Shown one piece after another: positions 37,301 through 44,278 of a DNA stretch of 64,000 bases. The notes below the pieces were generated by a model, which worked only from the letters and a program-made list of their open reading frames with translations, was not told the DNA's origin and did no database searches. Source of the DNA: Aplysia californica (lineage: Eukaryota). Position 1 is the first letter of the stretch, and each line of letters starts with the position of its first letter. The stretch is from NCBI RefSeq assembly GCF_000002075.1, contig NW_004797961.1, positions 169,017-233,016 of the forward strand, in the 5' to 3' direction. A program made the translations under genes and the position numbers.

Positions 37301-39643
37301 GGTTCTCCTTAGACATCTCATCTCGCAGGTGGTTATCTTACGTTCCAGACTTTTGGTCAAGGTCCGTGTCTGGAACTGGTAGGTCAATGTGGGAATGAAG
37401 AATGAGCTTGGCTTTGGTCTCAAAGGGGATGTTCGGGTGTTTGAGAAGTGGGACAAGCTGGTAGCTGACGCTGTATAGTCTTTGTACTCTCCTGTCAGTG
37501 CAAGACCTGTAAATGTGGCCGAGTATTTGCCTCTATGTTTTGGTTGAGCCAAAAAGTGTTATTTTCATCCTTCCAAGAAGAACTCAGTACTGAATGTTAC
37601 CACATTTTGACAGGAGCAGCATTTATCATTATAATCATTTATACATCAGGCATTTGATGCAGGAACTCTGTAACCAACAGCGAATCGTAGCTCACTCACT
37701 ACCTTGGATGTACATATCGAGCAAGTCTAAAACGGGCTGGCAGAGAGTGAGTTTATAATTACATAGGTTCTTTTTTCAGTAATAAACCTGCATAATATAA
37801 TAAAGAAAAAGTAGTTTCTTCTTGACAATATTCCAAAAGTTATTCTTGCACCAGTATTCACCTACATGAACTTACCTTGGCAAAGCATTAAAAATTTGGT
37901 GTTGCCCGCATCAATGTCACATTGTCGATTCATCACCAAAAGGCAAAATTGAATGGGTTCCTCTTGTCGTTTACAATGCACCTGGAATAAAATACAAATT
38001 AGACATTGAGGTACTGTTGACTTGCTGACCACAGATCTTGGAAGAACTAGACATAAGTTGCATAAACGTAATAAAAAAAAAGAGCTGGCAACACACATTT
38101 TCAGTCATAAAGCTTTAGGTAATAATAATATTACTAAGTGGGGGGGGGGGTGACCCCTCATTAAAACAGACACCAGGGATATCTTTCCTGCCTAGCTTCA
38201 TAAAGGCTGACTGTTTCTGAATAAAAATGATATCCCCTTATGGGAATGAGTACGTCTCTTCAACCAAAAATTCACTTCTAAACACAACTGCAATTTTCCG
38301 CATTAAAAAAATGTACGATTTTTTGCTGGAGATTGACTTAATCACTTAATGATTACGGTACTTATCATTTAAAAAGATGCTTTGCAATGTCTCTTCCTTT
38401 AAACAGGAACAGAGTTGCTGTCAGTTTGAGATACTTACAATGTCATAGCACTTCTCCATAAAGTACTTCAGAACCCTCTCTTCTTGGGTCGCACTAATCA
38501 CAAAGGTAACCACTGCGGACAGAAACAAATAATGATACATGGTAACATTTTTTCTCAATCAAATTCCTGTTTGAACAATAAAGAGTCTTCATGAAATAAT
38601 ACCTTTGTTTGTATACTGAGTTCTTGTTTCGTCTCACAAGACCCCCTTTAAAGTTTACACCATTTATTGCTAAAAGTACTAGCCCCTTAAAGTGAAGAAG
38701 TTGCAACGAAAAGAGTAAAGAGGAACAAACACCCCCTCCCCTCCCCCCGACCCCCCAAAAAAACCCACCAGGGATTTGAATTTGAAATCCTTTCATGTTT
38801 AAAGGGATTTTGTGTTACGCGGCTAATTGTGTTATACATACAAAATCTACTTAACCCTACCCGTACGCGCTGGGGTCATTTTGTACCCCCGGGGTTGTAT
38901 TCTTCACATTTTAGAATACTTCGAGTACGAAGATCGCTTTGAAACTTTCAGTATTTAAAAAAATATATTTTGACAGACTGCTATGCAAAGCGTACGGATC
39001 GGATTAACGAGTAAATTTCTTCTTTGGAAAGTGGTGGCACAGAGTTCCCCACGTCGTATGGATACGATAGTAAAACACGACGTATGGATAGGGATAATGT
39101 ATGTTTCTACACTATAAACAATTTGCGCTGCGGTCACGTAGAAATAAATCAAGCAAATCTGTAGATATCAGACATCAGAGAGAAACAAACCAGCGACTGC
39201 CAAGTCGGTGTACGGCTCATTGTAGTACACGTCTGGGAAAACAGGAAAAAGAAATGAAAGAAATGTATTAGAGATTTCAAACCTATGACTTAATCTCTCG
39301 CATTAACTTTACCAAAACACATCTAGAACTCCAAGATCATAAAGAGAGAGATGGGGGGGGAGAGAGAGAGNNNNNNNNNNNNNNNNNNNNNNNNNNNNNN
39401 NNNNNNNNNNNNNNNNNNNNNNNNNNNNNNNNNNNNNNNNNNNNNNNNNNNNNNNNNNNNNNNNNNNNNNNNNNNNNNNNNNNNNNNNNNNNNNNNNNNN
39501 NNNNNNNNNNNNNNNNNNNNNNNNNNNNNNNNNNNNNNNNNNNNNNNNNNNNNNNNNNNNNNNNNNNNNNNNNNNNNNNNNNNNNNNNNNNNNNNNNNNN
39601 NNNNNNNNNNNNNNNNNNNNNNNNNNNNNNNNNNNNNNNNNNN

Positions 39644-39698
<55 letters not shown>

Positions 39699-40270
39699 TG
39701 CACAAACAGAAAGATACACAGACACACAGATGCATAGACACACATTTCAAGAACACTGACAAAAATTGCAGAAACAACAAGAAAATGATGATGATGATGA
39801 AGCTACTCATAACTTTTAACACACACACACACGTAATAATACATTTAACCTAATCAACTTTTGAAATTATTTAAAAAGCACGGTGGAAACACTAGACAAA
39901 AATTTACAGATATATTTATGTTTTGCCATTTTTTTCTTCTTTCTGAGTATACTCAAACTTAAATCTGTTTGAGTTTGAGTTTTTAAAGACATGAATATAA
40001 AAAGACAAAACTAGGAGCATGCCAACCTGTCGTGAGATCAAAAATGTGGAACAGGAGCTGCGGATGGTGGCTCATTTGGTCCCAGGCAGTATCTTGAGCT
40101 TCTAGCAAACCTTTCAGCATGCTTAAAGCAACATGCCTTTGGACACCCGATACAGACATATCGCCCATGATGTCGATCAAACACAATAGACACTGATTGT
40201 CTTTAGAAGGTCCAGGAACAATAAATGTCCACGAGGAATCGTGGCGGCAGTGCCCAGCATGTGGAAGCAT
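10436..40270 (-). CDS. MEI1: MEI1 (meiosis inhibitor 1 / meiotic DSB formation protein 1), 29 coding exons, ~1,170 aa
   Basis: Hand-spliced GT-AG exons with consistent phases; E18 is unresolved. Motifs match recalled human MEI1: GHCRHDSSW..CLLCLID (AHYRHDPRW..CLACALE), LKKILTTKDEEL (LKKLLLSRDETL), EFVFESL (EFLFEHL), FYEKCHAVYGID (FFSKCHTVYGIE), ILERQPENMPLF (ILTRQPEEIKLF), YVVQQPWN (HVASQPWN). Confidence 0.92.
11196..11818. mobile_element. GC-rich MITE
   Basis: Termini tgtcgtgactag..cgggc / gcccgctcctagtcgtgaca are imperfect inverted repeats. Confidence 0.65.
12772..12894 (-). CDS. MEI1: MEI1 E29 (LLMNGMEL...WFVEQ)
   Basis: 123 nt, phase 0-0. Confidence 0.85.
13053..13584 (+). mobile_element. 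tRNA-derived SINE, family C (~530 bp); other copies 55432-55978 (+), 58955-59485 (-), 5' part 32862-32985 (-)
   Basis: A box TGGCCTAGAGG and B box GGTTCGAATCC-like head; GCACGTTAAAGATCCC central motif (Nin/Deu-like); TSD taaactggttc at 13042 and 13585. Confidence 0.9.
14570..14830. repeat. Degenerate ~25-28 bp minisatellite
   Basis: Repeated ctaaattagagacagtc.gattat. Confidence 0.75.
14929..15035 (-). CDS. MEI1: MEI1 E28 (CQYVVQQPWN...EFCHL)
   Basis: 107 nt, phase 1-0; QPWN motif. Confidence 0.92.
15110..15430. repeat. (GAA)n/(GTA) polypurine microsatellite
   Basis: Read directly. Confidence 0.95.
16421..16490 (-). CDS. MEI1: MEI1 E27 (ENPDVRLL...SEEV)
   Basis: 70 nt, phase 0-1, donor GTAAGT. 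Confidence 0.9.
16550..16985. mobile_element. ~435-bp MITE; relatives 10580-11185, 34680-34960, 46329-46490, 52845-53293, 62350-62800
   Basis: TIR tgtgaggcag..ggtggaatcagg / cctgattccaccacgctgcctcaca. Confidence 0.8.
17350..17607 (-). CDS. MEI1: MEI1 E26 (GNQSVLI...CLQQFLLE)
   Basis: 258 nt, phase 0-0; LVRTAL and LQQFLL motifs. Confidence 0.92.
17912..18170. mobile_element. ~255-bp MITE; copies 16115-16318, 18264-18760 (interrupted), 30312-30563, 53553-53810, 57313-57720, 63056-63310
   Basis: TIR atggtcgcttttaag.acaag / cttgtgcttaaaagc.accat. Confidence 0.85.
19001..19134 (-). CDS. MEI1: MEI1 E25 (LISPLMQ...GQSYQ)
   Basis: 134 nt, phase 1-0. Confidence 0.88.
19452..19556 (-). CDS. MEI1: MEI1 E24 (VAKLFCR...QDSKA)
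   Basis: 105 nt, phase 1-1, donor GTAAGT. Confidence 0.9.
20114..20185 (+). pseudogene. Degenerate tRNA-like sequence or SINE head
   Basis: gtggtgtagcaattagg...gttcgattccc; stems poorly paired. Confidence 0.45.
20365..20466 (-). CDS. MEI1: MEI1 E23 (DKAERF...FRLKTTLH)
   Basis: 102 nt, phase 1-1. Confidence 0.9.
21282..21390 (-). CDS. MEI1: MEI1 E22 (ISSERAT...SSVETI)
   Basis: 109 nt, phase 0-1. Confidence 0.85.
21544..21723. mobile_element. ~180-bp MITE; copies 4487-4670, 9128-9315, 31995-32170
   Basis: TIR ctgtcccc..ttttatgca / tgcataaaac..ggacag. Confidence 0.8.
22155..22232 (-). CDS. MEI1: MEI1 E21 (SFWSKEQ...LLWWINL)
   Basis: 78 nt, phase 0-0, donor GTGAGT. Confidence 0.88.
22803..22934 (-). 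CDS. MEI1: MEI1 E20 (VEHWVME...FLSSLL)
   Basis: 132 nt, phase 0-0, donor GTAAGT. Confidence 0.9.
22976..23350 (-). mobile_element. CR1/L2-like 3' tail with (ATT)n end and (CA)n
   Basis: tgtaaagcgcctagag...gggcgctatagaaat...(att)n. Confidence 0.55.
23520..24215. repeat. ~35-40 bp minisatellite made of the MEI1 E19 3' end plus donor
   Basis: Unit aactcctaaactaactgttaataaaattaatacgtaccaagtg; a family A element is inserted at 23813. Confidence 0.9.
23813..23990 (+). mobile_element. Short interspersed repeat, family A (~170 bp); copies near 7812, 8424, 10797, 21905(-), 24545(-), 26250, 26788, 52787, 55370, 62292, 63590
   Basis: Shared ggtggttggcgggtgctctggtgtggtttgc...atatgaccttat...gccgtaaaac. 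Confidence 0.88.
24203..24324 (-). CDS. MEI1: MEI1 E19 (HWLCGQL...SRLGVHL)
   Basis: 122 nt, phase 1-0. Confidence 0.88.
24897..25236. other. Assembly gap; others at 39371-39643, 41678-41842, 48319-48418, 56318-56468, 63378-63477
   Basis: N runs, mostly next to microsatellites. Confidence 1.
25527..25569 (-). CDS. MEI1: MEI1 E18 candidate (ADLTEPDIFILEDL); the true exon may instead be 24780-24831 or lie in gap 24897-25236
   Basis: A phase 0-1 exon is needed between E17 and E19; this 43-nt AG/GT segment fits. Confidence 0.35.
26553..26676 (-). CDS. MEI1: MEI1 E17 (RVVETED...FLYSLTW)
   Basis: 124 nt, phase 2-0, donor GTAAGT. Confidence 0.9.
27405..27507 (-). CDS. MEI1: MEI1 E16 (WSPEQPGE...HVSYTLGF)
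   Basis: 103 nt, phase 1-2. Confidence 0.87.
28184..28314 (-). CDS. MEI1: MEI1 E15 (SVPESVK...AAGLMHIR)
   Basis: 131 nt, phase 2-1. Confidence 0.85.
28771..28925 (-). CDS. MEI1: MEI1 E14 (VNWWCL...VISFLSLP)
   Basis: 155 nt, phase 0-2, donor GTAAGT. Confidence 0.9.
29030..29248 (+). mobile_element. 5'-truncated tRNA-SINE
   Basis: GGTTCGAGCC B box; cacccagcagtgatgggtacctgac central motif; ctttactttt tail. Confidence 0.65.
29933..30041 (-). CDS. MEI1: MEI1 E13 (RLLAEDRNLCG...ISKIVLPWVK)
   Basis: 109 nt, phase 2-0, donor GTGAGT. Confidence 0.9.
31145..31309 (-). CDS. MEI1: MEI1 E12 (RPQHQLSPV...VVAAS)
   Basis: 165 nt, phase 2-2. Confidence 0.88.
31753..31884 (-). CDS. MEI1: MEI1 E11 (RQPENMPLF...AATFF)
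   Basis: 132 nt, phase 2-2. Confidence 0.92.
32720..32819 (-). CDS. MEI1: MEI1 E10 (GIDSCLAAL...FKEILE)
   Basis: 100 nt, phase 1-2. Confidence 0.92.
33603..33673 (-). CDS. MEI1: MEI1 E9 (STVFRCL...FYEKCHAVY)
   Basis: 71 nt, phase 2-1. Confidence 0.92.
34257..34302 (-). CDS. MEI1: MEI1 E8 (EFVFESLHTKNSLLL)
   Basis: 46 nt, phase 1-2. Confidence 0.9.
35256..35477 (-). CDS. MEI1: MEI1 E7 (RLLKETL...DIMATDLA)
   Basis: 222 nt, phase 1-1, contains LKKILTTKDEEL. Confidence 0.92.
35521..35780. repeat. Two-copy ~140 bp tandem duplication carrying a MEI1 E7 ghost
   Basis: 35521-35646 vs 35661-35780. Confidence 0.85.
36014..36232 (-). CDS. MEI1: MEI1 E6 (AHLLSEIL...DFHRACL)
   Basis: 219 nt, phase 1-1, donor GTGAGT. 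Confidence 0.9.
36980..37530 (-). mobile_element. RTE-clade LINE 3' fragment
   Basis: Translation CEMRCLRR..RNTKIREMMG..WFGHLTRM, typical of the RTE ORF C-terminus. Confidence 0.85.
37876..37981 (-). CDS. MEI1: MEI1 E5 (VHCKRQ...FLMLCQ)
   Basis: 106 nt, phase 0-1, donor GTAAGT. Confidence 0.9.
38439..38512 (-). CDS. MEI1: MEI1 E4 (VVTFVISATQEERVLKYFMEKCYDI)
   Basis: 74 nt, phase 1-0, donor GTAAGT. Confidence 0.9.
38851..39096. mobile_element. piggyBac-type MITE; copies 34960-35223 and 63822-63975 (partial)
   Basis: TTAA-CCCTA(T/C)CCGTACG terminal inverted repeats. Confidence 0.8.
39191..39232 (-). CDS. MEI1: MEI1 E3 (DVYYNEPYTDLAVA)
   Basis: 42 nt, phase 1-1, AG/GT. Confidence 0.85.
40027..40270 (-). 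CDS. MEI1: MEI1 E2 (start codon; MLPHAGHCRHD...FDLTT)
   Basis: ATG at 40270; tandem CAGCAG acceptor at 40288/40291; donor G|GTTGGC, phase 1. Confidence 0.9.
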
Positions 40271-40864
40271 CCTCACCCTTAAACAGAGCTGCTGAAATTA
40301 AGAATTTCAAATAGGAAGACATTTTTTTTTTAATATTCTAGATCTAGAATCATATCTAGACATTTTGCTGCAATTCTACATATTCAAATATTAAGAACAG
40401 AATATAGTCTATCTTCTATGATCAGATATTCCACTGCCTCATAGAAATATACACAAACATACACACAAGCATCTTATCAATCATGTGCTTTTTTTAAGGG
40501 GCAAAATGTTGGACAGAAAGGGAAAAGGCCAAAATGCCACACGCGCTCTGCAAAGAAAAGCGTAAAAATTTAAGAAAATTAAAATAGAATCTAGTCTAGT
40601 TGGACATCAGCGCCATTACTATTCGAATTTGAGCTACTATAATAATGTGTTATTTCTCTTCTGGCAGCTCTATCTAGAGCCTATAGATTCTCTTCTTGAT
40701 GATGACAGTAAATGGCAGTGGTGTAGAGATGCTCTGCGTAAAAATACGAAACAGAAACAACCACATTCTACTAGAATTATCTAGTTCTAGATCTAGAACA
40801 AGAATCTAGATCTAGATTCTAGATCTAGAATCATATCTAATCTTGATTCTAGATTTAGATTATC

Positions 40865-41122
40865 GGCGATTTTGTAGTTTCGTTCGTTAAAGTCAAGAGT
40901 AGGGGGGTTTCAGCTGACCTAAAAAAAATATGGAGGTGGGGGGGTTCAGGGGGGCATGCCCCCCTGAATTTTATCCTAATTTGATGTTTTGCAGTTAGGT
41001 TGCACCCCTGCTCTTTGTGTAGCCTAATTCAAATAGTATTTGGTCTTCAAGACTTCTGGATTTCTTCTCTGGATGTAAACAAATGGATCGTGGACTTTAA
41101 CGAACGGAACTACAAGATCACC
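40865..41122. mobile_element. Inverted-repeat element in MEI1 intron 1
   Basis: gattttgtagtttcgttcgttaaagtc / gactttaacgaacggaactacaagatc. Confidence 0.65.
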
Positions 41123-41303
41123 AGATTATCTACTTTGAAAATTTAGAGAGGACAAGTCTCGTGCTGTGGGGGATAGGCGAAGTAAAGAGGACAGTAGAAG
41201 AATTTTTGTAAAACTTGGACTCTAGATGCTGTTGCCACACTCCTTTTTGAGAAAAACAATTTTGTCACAGTTACACTTACGCATAACACTAACAAACACA
41301 AAC

Positions 41304-41365
41304 CTGGTGTCCTTGCAAAACCAAATTTACACCGCAGGAAAACTACGGAAGAAGTTCACGGAAGT
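41304..41365 (-). other. MEI1: MEI1 putative non-coding exon E1 / TSS region
   Basis: Donor CCAG|GTTTGT at 41303; 5' end not determinable from sequence. Confidence 0.5.
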
Positions 41366-41370
41366 ACGTT
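41340..41370. promoter_or_regulatory. Two ETS-like CGGAAG cores at the putative MEI1 promoter
   Basis: cggaag at 41346 and cggaagt at 41359, next to putative E1. Confidence 0.3.
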
Positions 41371-41609
41371 TGTATTAGGATTAGCAGTAAAAAATATTTT
41401 TAAAAAGATGAAACCCCGCATGCTTACAGTGCAAATTACCTATCGCACAATAGCTAAGTTTATAATAGCCTTTGTCCTGACTGAATCAAAGAGGTGACTG
41501 ATATAACCTGTGATTTTCTCATAGCCTCATTTGAATAGATCTTATATCTTTGCTCTTATTACCTTTCCAAATCATCTTAAAAAGTAACAACCAAGACAAA
41601 ATAACCACC

Positions 41610-41661
<52 letters not shown>

Positions 41662-42154
41662 ATCTTGCGAGAACTTCNNNNNNNNNNNNNNNNNNNNNNN
41701 NNNNNNNNNNNNNNNNNNNNNNNNNNNNNNNNNNNNNNNNNNNNNNNNNNNNNNNNNNNNNNNNNNNNNNNNNNNNNNNNNNNNNNNNNNNNNNNNNNNN
41801 NNNNNNNNNNNNNNNNNNNNNNNNNNNNNNNNNNNNNNNNNNCTTCCTTTATACATCTCATCATATCCACCCCCTTTTTTCATTCCACTTTTTAAAAAAT
41901 GAATCACGCCCACCATCTTGCTCTGCGACAAAACCAACCTCAGTTCTCTCCCATCCTTAATTATGTTGAGCTTCGCGTTCATCAATCGTATCAAATACCA
42001 TAGCAGTTCCCCTTGTTTTAATTATTTTGTTTTAAGCCATCGATGACAATTTTTTTTTTTAAGTTTGAAAATACGGAAGAAACCACTTTATTATTTGCCA
42101 ACATCAGCTGCCTGAAATAAGACAGACAATTTTTAAAGTATTTTTTCTTTTAGG

Positions 42155-42197
<43 letters not shown>

Positions 42198-42201
<4 letters not shown>

Positions 42202-43085
42202 TCGAACCTGCCTTAACAGAAACCTGTGTAAAACGGAAACCTGTCTTAACGGAATCTACCCGCTCCCCCCCCCCCCCTTGATATATTCCTCTTTAATTAC
42301 CCGTATAAAACGGAAACCTGTCCAACGCGGAAACGAAAAGAAAAATCCGCTCCCCTCTGAGGGTTTCACCTGTCTAAGACGGAAAATGCTTTGCCCGCTC
42401 AACCCTGATTTGAAACAAAACTCGCAAGTTTGATTCCGCCGGCTCTAAACTTAACGCCATGGCCATGCCGCTGTGCGAGGAAGGGGGGTAGGGGTGCAAT
42501 GGGGGTAAAGTAGAAGTTACCCTATGTTGCCTCATCATGTGAGCACTGAGCGCTGCAGATGGTCAGTGTAGTGTGGGTGTGATATCTCACGACTGCCCGT
42601 GAGAGTGCTCGAGTAGCGAGCCACTACGGAAACTTTCCTGGGTACCCAGAAGCCAGAGGTGTGAAATTAGATTGACCAATGCCTGCCCCCCTGATCGTAC
42701 GGCCAGCCGAGAAGAGTTCCTCGAATCGTTGTTACAATGATGACAGTGAGGGGTGGCATTGGTGGGTGGGACTAAGGGGGGAAGCAAAGGAGATGGTCAA
42801 ACGTTTCTGGGGTTTTTTAATAGGTCAAACAGCGGTCCTATGAAAGGCAAGCACAGGTGGTAATTGGACAAGTAAGACTGACGCATGTCACTATCAGACA
42901 GGATAGCAGCTGAGAGGTGGGAAGTTTTGATCACTGCTTGCCGATCGGACAAGCGATCCTTGATTCCACCGGCTGGGCCTTTGAACCCCCCCCCCCCCCC
43001 TAAATTCCCCTGTCTAAGACGGAAAATGTCTAAGACGGAATTTTTCCCCGCTCCCTTGCGATTCCGTCTTACACTGGTTCGACTG
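42198..43085. mobile_element. Tc1/mariner-type non-autonomous element inserted in a (TA)n tract
   Basis: ag(g)tcgaacc...ggttcgactg-TA termini; subterminal ctgtctaagacggaa repeats. Confidence 0.8.
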
Positions 43086-44029
43086 TATACACATGTATTA
43101 TTATATAGTGGCCTCTGTTGACTACTTTGTCAATATTCTATTATCATTATCTTTATTGTTGTTAGTGCTTTATCTTGGTCTTGGAGGATATCAAGCAACG
43201 AAGCCCCCACCTCCACCCCCCTTCCCACAGCTAGGCCTACTCCAACTAGCATAGCCTGATATACACGGTCATTTTGTAGGACGCGCTTTTAATTCTGAAC
43301 AAGTGAAGGGTTTAAATTGAAATTGATACACACTGGCCTGGGTTCACTGACCGCCTTCTCATTTCACCGGTTGACCATGGTTCATCTTTCAGCCTTTATC
43401 ACCAACCCCGGCTTCTCAAGTTGCTAGATAGGCCTAGATTCTAGATCTATATAATTTAATCTATACCAACCAACCAGTACCACAGTACGCTCGTACCACG
43501 ATAATATCTCTTCTTTAGAGTCTGTAGGACACACGAATAGATAACCTGCTTTGTGCACAGTGCACAGCCAGTCGGTTCGGAGTGCTCCTTGGGTTCAAAG
43601 TTCAGCCGGGGTCGCTCAGGTGGATGAGTGGTCAACAATAACATTGGGAAAAGTAAGTAGCAGAGAACTGCTAGAATCTAGATCTAGATCTAGACCTTGT
43701 TGCAAGTCTTGACTATCTTGACTTCTGAATATTAAGCTAAGACTAATGTAGATCTAGACACTGTTGTCTACAAACATCGTTGTAAAAAAGACACTTTCCA
43801 AACGCAATTAGCACAGCAGAATCTTGTTCCTTGACATTGGATTGGGCAGTCAGGGCTATGGCTATGCAGCAGGAACCCCGTGCCGTAGAACCACCAGCCC
43901 TGTTGTTCCTCCAACTTCTTGCTTGTCCCAAAGGTGGCGGTATAACGAAGTTTGACTGTATACAATGTTGCAAACTGTATCATGCGCACTGCTTTAGTCA
44001 CCATTGATCTTGATTTTTAAGCTTAATAA

Positions 44030-44142
44030 CTACTGTGCAGGAGACCCACACACATTCTCACAAACAGAATTTGCTTTGCAGGAGTTGAATAATTGAGTGT
44101 CTCTAGACTTTTCTTTTTAAAATTATGGCCACCAATATAAAG
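44030..44142 (+). other. Putative 5' UTR exon of the SDR gene
   Basis: Strong donor AAG|GTAAGT at 44143 and acceptor TTCCACAG at 44231; 5' end approximate. Confidence 0.55.
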
Positions 44143-44278
44143 GTAAGTAGACATCCTGCTGAACGGAATAAAGTTACTGCCATTTTGAATTGCTTGCTTT
44201 TAAATCGTTTCTCCTTGTTTCTGTTCCACAGAGAGAAGTCTGTTAGAAAAGCTCGAGTCTGTTGAAGAAAGTGACAAG

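Noticed and set aside
11850-38700. Ghosts as a second functional gene interleaved with MEI1, or as a diversity-generating retroelement
   Set aside because: Most ghosts have stops or frameshifts and overlap in coverage; I saw no adenine-specific substitution pattern, and no intact reverse transcriptase is in the window.
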